A stretch of 32,000 bases of DNA, taken from the NCBI GenBank assembly GCA_047651235.1, contig CP178758.1, positions 690,001 through 722,000 on the forward strand, read 5' to 3'. How positions within the stretch are numbered: the first letter of the stretch is position 1; each line of letters opens with the position of its first letter. Origin of the DNA: Candidatus Electrothrix yaqonensis. Its GTDB lineage: Bacteria > Desulfobacterota > Desulfobulbia > Desulfobulbales > Desulfobulbaceae. Both the position numbers and the translations under genes were made by a program. Below the pieces are notes generated by a model. The model saw nothing but the letters and a program-made list of their open reading frames with translations. It did not search any database and was not told where the DNA came from. This document shows, piece after piece, positions 13,180-21,558 of the stretch.

Positions 13180-13649
13180 TAGCAGCAGGTATTTTGCTTC
13201 TGGCCACCGGTTCAAATCAGGCAGCAGCTGGCCCGTCTTTACAGGCTGGCAAGATTACCATTGACAAAAATAATGCCGATAGGGATTTTGCCATCATCAG
13301 AATGAGGGATATGACCGGTCTTGAGGCGGATGTTTATCCTAACGCTGGTCTGTGGGTGGGGATACGTGGTACTGGTTGGGCGTACACCCATTGGGCGGGG
13401 GGCATCCCTGCCGCAGATATAGTCGGCAACAGACTGCTGTTCGAAGATGATGCGATCGAGTTGACCTGCAATCTGCCTAACGAGCTGTGCAATCTTGTTG
13501 TAAAACGTACTCATATCAATGAGAATAAGCTGCCTGCTGGGAGCGGGTTGATTTGGGTGGGTATTTGGGTTAGTGGCACATACTATAGCAACTGGTCTAA
13601 CTGGTCGGGGACAGCCTCATCCAGCCAGATCAGGTATGACACTCCGTAA
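13119..13649 (+). CDS. Secreted hypothetical protein; the annotated 5' end lies inside the IS5-type right end
   Basis: The 176-aa ORF has a signal-peptide-like core VAAGILLLATGSNQAAA. Its first 20 codons (TTG start) fall within the IS right inverted repeat region. I recognise no family. Confidence 0.5.
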   Translation: MKKGKTSPPEKNRQFCRRSCVAAGILLLATGSNQAAAGPSLQAGKITIDKNNADRDFAIIRMRDMTGLEADVYPNAGLWVGIRGTGWAYTHWAGGIPAADIVGNRLLFEDDAIELTCNLPNELCNLVVKRTHINENKLPAGSGLIWVGIWVSGTYYSNWSNWSGTASSSQIRYDTP

Positions 13650-13740
13650 TAGAGTTGTTCCTGTATAAGATTACAGGCCCATTTTTCGTTTTTCAAGTGG
13701 TTGTTTTTGGGGACTCGGAGGTTATTCAGGAACAACTCTA
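13650..13740. repeat. 91-bp unit bounded by perfect 14-bp inverted repeats
   Basis: TAGAGTTGTTCCTG (13650-13663) pairs with CAGGAACAACTCTA (13727-13740). There is an inner stem CCTGTA-TAAGAT-TACAGG (13660-13677). The unit begins immediately after the stop codon at 13647-13649. Confidence 0.8.
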
Positions 13741-13778
13741 ATGTAATGTTCTGTAATTCTGAACGACACACCTGACCA

Positions 13779-13812
13779 AAACGCGCGGGGACTTCGGTTC
13801 CCGCGTTTTTTT
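13779..13812. terminator. Rho-independent terminator, probably bidirectional
   Basis: A GC-rich stem CGCGGGGA / TCCCGCG with a CTTCGG-type loop is followed by T7 on the plus strand and by TTTT on the minus strand. It lies between the convergent genes ending at 13649 (+) and 13936 (-). Confidence 0.6.
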
Positions 13813-13935
13813 CTTCCCGTCAAAGCATTGCGGTTATTCGTTCCGCTTCTTTCCACGCCTTCCGTTTATTTCATTCCAGTAAAGCAGATATTCCGTTTCC
13901 CCTGAATCCAACTGACAGGATTCATTCTTCCGGTT

Positions 13936-14544
13936 TTACAGAGCCTTTTTTCGGAAACTCTCCTCTGTTCCCCGGAGCAGCCGTCTGATATTCTGAGAAT
14001 GCCTGATCCAGATGAGCAGAACAGTACAACCAGCCAGAATGATTTTCCAAGACGGTTCGGAGAAAAAATACAGGCAGGGCAGGACTGCGGCTGAACCCAG
14101 CAGGGAACCGAGTGAAACGAAACCGGTTGTCGCAACTACGACGATAAAAACAAAAAGGCTGAACAGAACTGCTGCAGGGGCCAAGTACAGAAAAATCCCC
14201 AGTCCGGTCGCCACCCCTTTGCCTCCCCTGAAGCGGAGATAAACAGGAAACATGTGGCCGACAACAGCCGCGCCGCCGCAAAGAGCGATAAGCAGATTGC
14301 GGTGTTCCGCACTGCCCGCCAGAATATCGGCAGCCAGCATGGGCAGATAGCCTTTGCCGCAGTCAAGCAGGAAGGTAAAAGAACCTGTTTTTCTCCCCGC
14401 CAGACGGGAGACATTGGTGGCCCCGATATTTCTGCTGCCCTGCTCGCGGATATTCACGCCCCGGCTGCGGGAGAGCAGCAGGCCGAAAGGAATTGCGCCG
14501 ATCAGGTAAGATGCTGCGATAAGAAGGAAGTGCGGGACAGGCAT
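13936..14544 (-). CDS. plsY: Glycerol-3-phosphate acyltransferase PlsY
   Basis: It has LIGAIPFGLL and GSRNIGATNVSR (the PlsY signature GSGNxGATNV with one substitution), and it is a multi-TM protein of typical length. Confidence 0.85.
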   Translation of the reverse strand: MPVPHFLLIAASYLIGAIPFGLLLSRSRGVNIREQGSRNIGATNVSRLAGRKTGSFTFLLDCGKGYLPMLAADILAGSAEHRNLLIALCGGAAVVGHMFPVYLRFRGGKGVATGLGIFLYLAPAAVLFSLFVFIVVVATTGFVSLGSLLGSAAVLPCLYFFSEPSWKIILAGCTVLLIWIRHSQNIRRLLRGTEESFRKKAL

Positions 14545-14793
14545 GATCGTCTGTTCAGGTTTGTATTCGGATTCAGCGGTCGGGCAACAGCAGTTTTTTT
14601 ATCATATTTGGCCTATGTTTTATTCTTTTTCAGGAGAAAGTCAAGCACCCATGCCGGATCAGGGAGCGATTTCTTCCTCCGGGCGTGCTTTCCTCCGCGA
14701 ATTTTCGTTGTATAAAGTTCCACATTTCATCAGGCTGTCCGGATATTCAGTGAAGATAAATCATCACCTTGTTGCAGGACTACCAGATTCCGA

Positions 14794-14823
14794 TTGCCGG
14801 GAGAGTGCTCTGTGTGATATAAT
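14794..14823 (+). promoter_or_regulatory. Candidate sigma70 promoter for the 14918 gene
   Basis: It reads TTGCCG (14794-14799), an 18-nt spacer, then TATAAT (14818-14823). The gene has a strong AGGAGG Shine-Dalgarno before its ATG at 14918. Confidence 0.3.
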
Positions 14824-14917
14824 TATACTGTGATTTTGCTGGAAATATCAGCAGGTCAGCAACCTGAAATCTCACCTGCGGTGAGGCAGAGTATAATCCG
14901 AAAAAGGAGGAAAGAAC

Positions 14918-17059
14918 ATGCAATGGCGTTTTGTTATCCAGGCAGTAACAGCAGCAGTGTTTTTGACGGTCAGCAGCGCATCAGCTGCTGTTCCGGGTGT
15001 CGGTCTTTCCTGTCTTTCGCAGTCGATAAAGTCTCCGACTGATGACCTGTTCATCTGGTTTTATCTCAAGGTGGTCAACAACGGGTCAACAGCTGTTGAC
15101 CTGAACCGTATCAGGATAAAATACTGGTTCACCTATGAACAGCGAAACGAAAATTCAATAATACAGCATCCCAAACTTACGTATCCTGATGTAGAGTTCA
15201 GTCCGGTAGAAGACCGTGAAGGGGTTGATACAGTCGCGGAAATTACCTTCAGCAGCAGTACCGAAAGCATCAGTCCCGAGTCCGGAACAACCAGATTCGT
15301 CATGAAGTTTCTGGATAGCGGGTGGGGAATACATCAGGATGAAACCAATGACTACTCATACCGCGCCGAGAATCCGATGACGCTTGCGCCTAACGAGAAA
15401 ATAACTGTCTATTACGACGGAGTACTGGTCTACGGCACTGAGCCGCCTCTGCTTCCCTGTTTTGATGGGGTACAGAATAATAGCGAAACCGGGGTGGACT
15501 GCGGCGGTTCCTGTCAGCCCTGTACTGATGATGTACTCCGCAGTGCGGTGTATCCTGAAAATTGGACACCGGGCTGGCAGACAGTCCGGCCTGAGGACGG
15601 CGCCGTGCTTTTCCTGCAGGATTATTCCTATGCAGGCTACAAAAACGGTGAAGAGGCTCTTCCGTCCGACCCTGTGACTGTTACGGTCACAGCACCGAAT
15701 GACGGCTCGGTTGATGTGAAGGATCAGATTCAAGCAGCTCTGGACAGCGCAGCAGCAGCGGAAGGCGGGGTTGTCTATCTCCCGGCAGGGCTGTATCGGC
15801 TGGACGGAGAGCTGAACATCGGCAGCTCAAATGTAGTCCTGCGCGGCGCAGGGGAAGAGCAGACGCAACTGTTCTTCACAGATGCCGTTGATGCGGTTAC
15901 TGTGGGCGGCTCATCCTTGGGGCTGATCGATAACGCCGACTGGAAAATCACGGCTGACGGAGATGTATTTGAAACCTCTGTTGAGGTGCAGAACGCTGCC
16001 GGGCTCTCTCCGGGTGATGATATTCATATTGCCTGGAATATCACGGCTGATTTTAAAGCGGAACATAACAGCAGCGACTACTGGTTCCATATTCCGCTCA
16101 ATACCCAGCGCACTTTTTTCCGCAGAACAATTACAGCTGTGGACGGCAACAGAGTTTATTTCAAGGTTCCGCTGCGCTATCCTGTCAAAGCATTACGCGA
16201 CAGTGCCGTGGTACGCAAAGCTACCTCCTACGTCTCCGGCAGCGGCGTTGAACATCTGGGCATCAGCACCGCCCTCGGCAGCGCGGAAGAAAACTGGAGC
16301 AGCGGTGTTGATCAGACAACAGCCATCCGGATACGACAATGCAGGGATTGCTGGGTGCAGCATGTCCGGAGTTTCGCCCAACTTGGGCACGATTATCATC
16401 TCAGGTCACACGGCATTTATATTTATGAAAGTTTCCGGGTAACCGTTGATAACTGCGTCCTTGAACATGCAGAAAATCTGGGCAGCGGCGGTAACGGCTA
16501 CCTGTTCCAGATATCGACCACCAATGAAGCGCTGATCAAGGACTCGATTGGTCGGTATGGACGGCATAACTTTGCGATCAACTGGGATTTCGGGGCAACA
16601 GGTAACGTTTTTCTGCGGGTGGAAAGTTCTGAAGCACGCATCTGCAACACCGTAGATGATCAGATCGATGATACCTGCTATGAAGGCGACAGTAATATCC
16701 ATCACGCTCTGGCGACTGCAAACCTGTTTGATTCCTCGACGTTCAATGACGGGCTTGCCGTGGGAAACCGTCAGACTGCTTCAATAGGAGCCGGGATGAC
16801 CGGAACCCAGAATGTCTTCTGGAACCTGAGCGGCAGCGGAATGATCCGGTCATATAATTTCGGCATGGGGTATGTTATAGGAACAACGCCGGAGCTGCAG
16901 GTCGAGACGAACATGACCCTGACCGGCTACCCGTATCCTGATTATTATGAAGATACCGGGCCGGAAGATTTTACCGAGTATCTCGGCTTTGCCACCCAGC
17001 TTGAGCCGGCTTCTCTGTACGAAGACCAGCTGTCGAAACGACTCGGCTCTGCTCCCTGA
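14918..17059 (+). CDS. Secreted multidomain protein: CBM3-like beta-sandwich + Cys-rich GVDCGGSCQPC module + pectate-lyase-fold (right-handed beta-helix) domain
   Basis: It has a signal peptide (AVFLTVSSASAAVPG) and LKVVNNGSTAVDLNRIRIKYWFTYE, a CBM3-style signature. The motif DVKDQIQAALDSAAAAEGGVVYLPAGLYRLDGELNIGSSNVVLRGAG is typical of Pectate_lyase_3 / tailspike-like beta-helix proteins. Confidence 0.75.
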   Translation: MQWRFVIQAVTAAVFLTVSSASAAVPGVGLSCLSQSIKSPTDDLFIWFYLKVVNNGSTAVDLNRIRIKYWFTYEQRNENSIIQHPKLTYPDVEFSPVEDREGVDTVAEITFSSSTESISPESGTTRFVMKFLDSGWGIHQDETNDYSYRAENPMTLAPNEKITVYYDGVLVYGTEPPLLPCFDGVQNNSETGVDCGGSCQPCTDDVLRSAVYPENWTPGWQTVRPEDGAVLFLQDYSYAGYKNGEEALPSDPVTVTVTAPNDGSVDVKDQIQAALDSAAAAEGGVVYLPAGLYRLDGELNIGSSNVVLRGAGEEQTQLFFTDAVDAVTVGGSSLGLIDNADWKITADGDVFETSVEVQNAAGLSPGDDIHIAWNITADFKAEHNSSDYWFHIPLNTQRTFFRRTITAVDGNRVYFKVPLRYPVKALRDSAVVRKATSYVSGSGVEHLGISTALGSAEENWSSGVDQTTAIRIRQCRDCWVQHVRSFAQLGHDYHLRSHGIYIYESFRVTVDNCVLEHAENLGSGGNGYLFQISTTNEALIKDSIGRYGRHNFAINWDFGATGNVFLRVESSEARICNTVDDQIDDTCYEGDSNIHHALATANLFDSSTFNDGLAVGNRQTASIGAGMTGTQNVFWNLSGSGMIRSYNFGMGYVIGTTPELQVETNMTLTGYPYPDYYEDTGPEDFTEYLGFATQLEPASLYEDQLSKRLGSAP

Positions 17060-17060
17060 T

Positions 17061-17100
17061 CCCCCGCCTGTTTTATTTTTTTAAGGGCAGGGGATTTTTT
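17061..17100 (+). terminator. Probable intrinsic terminator
   Basis: An imperfect stem CCCCGCC / GGCAGGGG with one bulge and an A/T-rich loop is followed by ATTTTTTT. It lies between convergent genes. Confidence 0.4.
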
Positions 17101-17130
17101 TATTAGTGCGGCTTGGGAGGGGCCAAGCGA

Positions 17131-18342
17131 TCAGTCCTCCAGCGCGGCCAGAGCCGTTTTGACCCGCCCCATACCTTCCTTTATGACCTCCATAGAAGTG
17201 GCAAAGGAGAAACGGACAAAATCATCTGCACCAAAGGCGATACCTGGCACAGAGGCGACTTTGGCCTGATTAAGGAAGTAGGCCGCCATGTCGGCTGAAT
17301 CCTTGAGCTGCACACCGTTAAAGGACTTGCCGTAGTAGGCCGAAAAGTTCGGGAACACATAAAAGGCGCCGCTCGGATTGACGCAGGTGACGCCGTCAAT
17401 GGATTCCAGATCGCTGACAAAAAAGTCCCGCCGGGGCAGGAACGCCTTTTTCATGGTTTCGGGAAAATCCTGCGGTCCGGTCAGGGCAGCCAGAGCAGCA
17501 TACTGGGCCGGAGCACAGGGGTTGGAGGTGGACTGGCTCTGAATTTTATTCATCGCCTTGATCAGATGTCCCGGCCCGGCGCAGTAGCCGATCCGCCAGC
17601 CGGTCATGGCAAAGGATTTAGAAACCCCGTTCAGCACCACGGTTTGTGCCTTCAGAGCAGGTTCCACATCCAGGATATGCGGCAAATTGCCATCCATATA
17701 GGTGATGGTTTCATAAATATCATCGGTCACGATGAGCCAGCCTTTTTCCAGGGCCATTTTTGCCACTGTCTGCAGGGCCTCGGCGGAAAAAACAGAGCCG
17801 CTCGGATTGGACGGACTGTTGAGAAAAAGAGCCCGTGTCCTGTCCGTGGCTTTTTCGGCCAGCGTGTCCGGATTCAAATCAAAATGCATGGCTTCATCCA
17901 GGGGAACAGGAACCGGCACACCGCCTGCCAGCTGAACCATGGGCGGATAGGAGACCCAGTACGGCGCCGGAATCAGCACCTCGTCACCGGGATTGAGCAT
18001 GGCCTGAAAGATATTGTACAGCCCGTGCTTGCCGCCGCAGCAGACCTGAATTTCTTCCGGCGTGTAATCCCAGCCGTGATCTTCCTTGAAGCGCATACAG
18101 ACCGCTTCCCGCAGCTCCGGGATACCGGGCACGGCCGTGTAGCGGGTATATCCGTCGTCAATGGCTTGTTTACCGGCTGCGCAGACATGCTGCGGCGTAT
18201 CGAAATCAGGTTCGCCGACGCTGAAATTGAGAATATCCTCACCTGCCGCTTTCAGGGCCTTGGCCTTGGCATTGATTGCCAGAGTCGGGGAAGGCGGGAC
18301 CTGCAGTACACGTTCAGCAAGGGAGATTATTTCCTGAGCCAT
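17131..18342 (-). CDS. Class-I PLP-dependent aminotransferase (aspartate/prephenate aminotransferase type)
   Basis: It has LNFSVGEPDFDTP, NSPSNPSG and SKSFAMTGWRIGY (the PLP lysine), at 403 aa. Confidence 0.85.
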   Translation of the reverse strand: MAQEIISLAERVLQVPPSPTLAINAKAKALKAAGEDILNFSVGEPDFDTPQHVCAAGKQAIDDGYTRYTAVPGIPELREAVCMRFKEDHGWDYTPEEIQVCCGGKHGLYNIFQAMLNPGDEVLIPAPYWVSYPPMVQLAGGVPVPVPLDEAMHFDLNPDTLAEKATDRTRALFLNSPSNPSGSVFSAEALQTVAKMALEKGWLIVTDDIYETITYMDGNLPHILDVEPALKAQTVVLNGVSKSFAMTGWRIGYCAGPGHLIKAMNKIQSQSTSNPCAPAQYAALAALTGPQDFPETMKKAFLPRRDFFVSDLESIDGVTCVNPSGAFYVFPNFSAYYGKSFNGVQLKDSADMAAYFLNQAKVASVPGIAFGADDFVRFSFATSMEVIKEGMGRVKTALAALED

Positions 18343-18900
18343 GATGGTTTCCTCTTCACGTTGGATAATATATTTGTTTATTGAACGGAAATTTTTTTCC
18401 AGCTCTATCAGGTTCCGCTTTTTTTAGCAACAGCAAACGTACTTTTTCTGATGGTCTTTTTGAGAGTATTTTCGGCACAGCTCACAAAAAGAACTGATGA
18501 GCGCATCCATTTTTCAGAAGCTATTTTCAAAACCATCCTGCTCCAAAATGCCACCTCGAATGGATCGGGCAAGGTTGCTTTTCAAAGGGACACTATAGAC
18601 TTCCAGCAAATCTAAAAAATACGTCTCTCAACTTACTGATATAGTGCATCTTGCGAGAGACAACCGAGATATCCTGCCGCTTCCGTTTGGTTACCTGTCA
18701 AGCCCCGATTTAAATCCCCCTTCATGAAACGGATCGTTTTCCCTGTCCCGTTCTGCGGCACAACATACCCTGCCCCTTGACATTTCACAAAGACTTCTTA
18801 CGTTACACCTGCAGACTGTGCTGATGCAGCGGCAGCCCCTGCCGGACAATCCCTTCGTCATTTACTTACCGATATTCCGATCAGATAAGGAGAAATACAT

Positions 18901-19950
18901 ATGAGTGTGTCCATTGATGCTGTTTCTGCTCCCCCGCCTGCCGAGCAGAGCGGAACCCAGGAGAATGTTTCAGTTCAGGCCATCAACAAAGCTGTGCAGG
19001 AAAGCTCGGCTTGGGTTGGTCTGCTGAAAAGTGAGGTAGGGAAAAATATAGTCGGTCAGGAGGGGCTGGTGGAACGGCTGCTTATCGGCCTGCTCACCGG
19101 CGGGCATATCCTGCTGGAAGGCCTGCCCGGTCTGGCCAAGACCCTGGCCGTGAAGACCCTGGCTGCAGCGGTGTCCACGGAATTTCAGCGCATCCAGTTC
19201 ACCCCGGACATGCTGCCAGCAGATATCATGGGCACGGAGATCTACAATCCCAAAGATACCTCTTTTGAAGTTAAGCAGGGGCCGATTTTTTCCTCCATCA
19301 TCCTGGCGGATGAAATCAACCGGGCACCTTCCAAGGTCCAGTCTGCCCTATTGGAAGCTATGCAGGAAAAGCAGGTGACTATCGGTGAGTCCACCTTTCT
19401 CCTGCCCAAGCTATTTTTGGTCCTGGCGACCCAGAACCCCATTGAACAGGAAGGCACCTATCCTCTGCCCGAAGCCCAGATAGACCGCTTTATGCTCAAG
19501 GTAAAGGTAGACTACCCGACCCGCGAGCAGGAACGGCAGATTCTGGACATGGTCGAGCACACCGACTCCAGCGTCAGCGTGCCGCAGATTATTGCGCCGG
19601 AAGACATCCTCGCCGCCCGCAGGGTGGTGGACTCCATCTATCTGGACGACCGGATCAAGGACTATATTGTCGAGTTGGTTTATGCCACCCGCGACCCGGC
19701 AGGCATCAGCGCGGAGCTGAAAGATTACATCGAGACCGGGGCTTCGCCCAGAGCGACCATCAATCTGAAGGTGGCGGCTCGCGCCTTGGCTTATCTCAAC
19801 GGTCGCGGTTATGTGATCCCGGATGACATCAAGAACTGCGCTCTGGATGTGATGTGCCACCGGCTGCGGATCAGCTATGAGGCCGAGGCTGAAGGGATTA
19901 CCAGCGAGGATATTATCCGCAAATTGCTGGATACGGTACCGGTGCCGTAA
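18901..19950 (+). CDS. moxR: MoxR-family AAA+ ATPase
   Basis: It has IVGQEGLVERLLIGLLTGGHILLEGLPGLAKT (Walker A), ILADEINRA (Walker B) and LATQNPIEQEGTYPLPEAQIDRF. A strong AAGGAG Shine-Dalgarno precedes the start. Confidence 0.9.
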   Translation: MSVSIDAVSAPPPAEQSGTQENVSVQAINKAVQESSAWVGLLKSEVGKNIVGQEGLVERLLIGLLTGGHILLEGLPGLAKTLAVKTLAAAVSTEFQRIQFTPDMLPADIMGTEIYNPKDTSFEVKQGPIFSSIILADEINRAPSKVQSALLEAMQEKQVTIGESTFLLPKLFLVLATQNPIEQEGTYPLPEAQIDRFMLKVKVDYPTREQERQILDMVEHTDSSVSVPQIIAPEDILAARRVVDSIYLDDRIKDYIVELVYATRDPAGISAELKDYIETGASPRATINLKVAARALAYLNGRGYVIPDDIKNCALDVMCHRLRISYEAEAEGITSEDIIRKLLDTVPVP

Positions 19951-19951
19951 G

Positions 19952-20866
19952 ATGGAAAAAACAATCACCAAGGAAATCCTGAAAAAGGTCCGCCGTATCG
20001 AGGTGCGCACCCGGCGTATGGTGGATGACACCCTGGCCGGGAGTTACCATTCGGTGTTCAAGGGCCAGGGCATGAATTTTGACGAGGTGCGGGAATACGT
20101 GCCCGGCGACGAAATCCGCAGCATTGACTGGAACGTCACGGCCCGGACCGGGGTTCCCCATGTCAAGAAATTCGCTGAAGAGCGGGAGCTGACCATCATG
20201 CTGATGATCGATATCAGCGGCTCCGGCGGATTCGGCTCCGGGGAGCAGTCCAAACGGGAGATGATGGCCGAGCTGGGTTCAGTGCTGGCCTTTTCCGCAG
20301 TACGCAACAACGACAAGGTCGGGCTAGTTCTGTTTTCCGATTTTGTCGAGCTGTTCGTTCCGCCGGACAAGGGCCGGAAGCATATCCTCCGGGTTATTCG
20401 AGAAATTCTTTTTTTTCAGCCCCAAGGCAAGGGCACCAAAATCAATGAGGCCCTGGACTTTGTCAACCGGGTGGCCAAAAGCAAATGCGTGACCTTTCTG
20501 CTTTCGGATTTCTGTCTGCCCGGTGATTTTGACGATGCCCTGGAGGCCATCCGGCCCAAACTGCGGATCACCGGTCGGCGGCATGACCTGATTGCCGTGT
20601 CGGTCACGGATACTCGGGAGCGGGAGCTGCCAAATGTGGGCGAGATCACCTTGGAGGATGCAGAGACCGGCGAACAGATCGTCCTCAATACTGCTGATCC
20701 CTGGACACGACAGGCCTATGCCAACTTGGCTGGTGACCGGGCAGAGCGTTTTGCCCACACCGTGCGCAGTGCCGGGATTGATCTGCTTCGGCTCTCCACA
20801 GATACGCCGTATCTCGCTCCTCTGATGGGGTTTTTCCGCTCCCGAAAAAGGAGGCTGGCCCGATGA
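19952..20866 (+). CDS. DUF58-domain protein (MoxR partner)
   Basis: The chosen start is ATG 19952, 1 nt after the moxR stop, rather than the track's upstream ATG at 19877, which would overlap moxR by 74 nt. It has FKGQGMNFDEVREYVPGDEIRSIDWNVTARTG, the DUF58 signature. Confidence 0.8.
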   Translation: MEKTITKEILKKVRRIEVRTRRMVDDTLAGSYHSVFKGQGMNFDEVREYVPGDEIRSIDWNVTARTGVPHVKKFAEERELTIMLMIDISGSGGFGSGEQSKREMMAELGSVLAFSAVRNNDKVGLVLFSDFVELFVPPDKGRKHILRVIREILFFQPQGKGTKINEALDFVNRVAKSKCVTFLLSDFCLPGDFDDALEAIRPKLRITGRRHDLIAVSVTDTRERELPNVGEITLEDAETGEQIVLNTADPWTRQAYANLAGDRAERFAHTVRSAGIDLLRLSTDTPYLAPLMGFFRSRKRRLAR

Positions 20867-21558
20867 AGCGTTTGTTTTTCGGAATAAGGGGTGTAGGGGC
20901 GAAAGATTTTTTGTCCTTGCTGCTTATTCTGCTGAGTATTTTTTCCGGCATTGGATTCGCCGATCAGGTGACCGTTCCTCTTACTGATCCGGCGGCGCAG
21001 AACCAGTCCGCTGATCAGCAGACGCAACCACCCAAACCACCTGCTATCGGGCCGGACCAGCTTTATGATATCAAGGAGCCAATTCTTATCCCTGAGCATA
21101 ACCGTATTCTGTGGATAGTCGCAGCGACGGTGCTGGCAACTCTGCTGCTTATCGTTCTGATCCTCTTTCTCCGCAAACGGAGCAAAAAGCAGAAGGCCGT
21201 CCTGGCCCATGAAACTGCTCTGCACGAATTGAAGCGGGCCGGGCTGCTGATTGAAGAGGAAAATATTGCTGCCTTTGTCAACCTAATCGACCAGACTCTG
21301 CGCCGGTATATTGAGCAGCGTTTCGGCATCTTTGCCCGCAGGCAGACCACCCGCGAGTTTATCAGCGGTTTGGCTGAAGACCGGGAAGATGTGCCGGTGG
21401 ACCTGAAAAAAAATTCCGACAACCTGAAAGCCTGGCTCCAGCACTGCGATATGGTCAAATTTGCCAAAGCTGGGCTGAGCCGGGAAACCATGATGGATAT
21501 GGCTGCAAATCTGCGTGTGTTTATTGAAGCAACTAAGGTGGAGGCTGAAGAAAAATAA
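20863..21558 (+). CDS. DUF4381-like membrane protein of the Bat/MoxR operon
   Basis: An ATGA overlap links it to the upstream gene. It has an N-terminal signal-like segment, a Pro/Gln-rich linker and one TM helix (ILWIVAATVLATLLLIVLILFL). The position between the DUF58 and VWA genes is typical. The family call is from memory. Confidence 0.55.
   Translation: MKRLFFGIRGVGAKDFLSLLLILLSIFSGIGFADQVTVPLTDPAAQNQSADQQTQPPKPPAIGPDQLYDIKEPILIPEHNRILWIVAATVLATLLLIVLILFLRKRSKKQKAVLAHETALHELKRAGLLIEEENIAAFVNLIDQTLRRYIEQRFGIFARRQTTREFISGLAEDREDVPVDLKKNSDNLKAWLQHCDMVKFAKAGLSRETMMDMAANLRVFIEATKVEAEEK

Noticed and set aside
13866-14414. Minus-strand ORFs 13866-14135, 13922-14281 and 14136-14414
   Set aside because: They are alternative frames overlapping plsY, which carries the PlsY signature. 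I recognise no motifs of their own in them.
17566-18384. 272-aa plus-strand ORF
   Set aside because: It is antisense to the aminotransferase gene, which has the PLP-lysine motif, so it is a shadow ORF. The same reasoning applies to 19411-20031, 20716-21225, 21063-21785 and 21849-22646 opposite the MoxR operon, and to 164-655, 713-1216 and 1258-1548 opposite the cbi genes.
18343-18900. A 560-bp intergenic region between the aminotransferase and moxR, examined for riboswitch, sRNA or promoter signals
   Set aside because: Only a weak TTGACA-N16-TACGTT candidate (about 18776) and one imperfect hairpin (about 18637-18676) were found. Nothing resembles a riboswitch class I recognise, so it is not supportable as a feature.
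19877-19951. Upstream extension of the DUF58 ORF (track start at 19877)
   Set aside because: It would overlap moxR by 74 nt. ATG 19952 lies 1 nt after the moxR stop and gives a typical DUF58 N-terminus.
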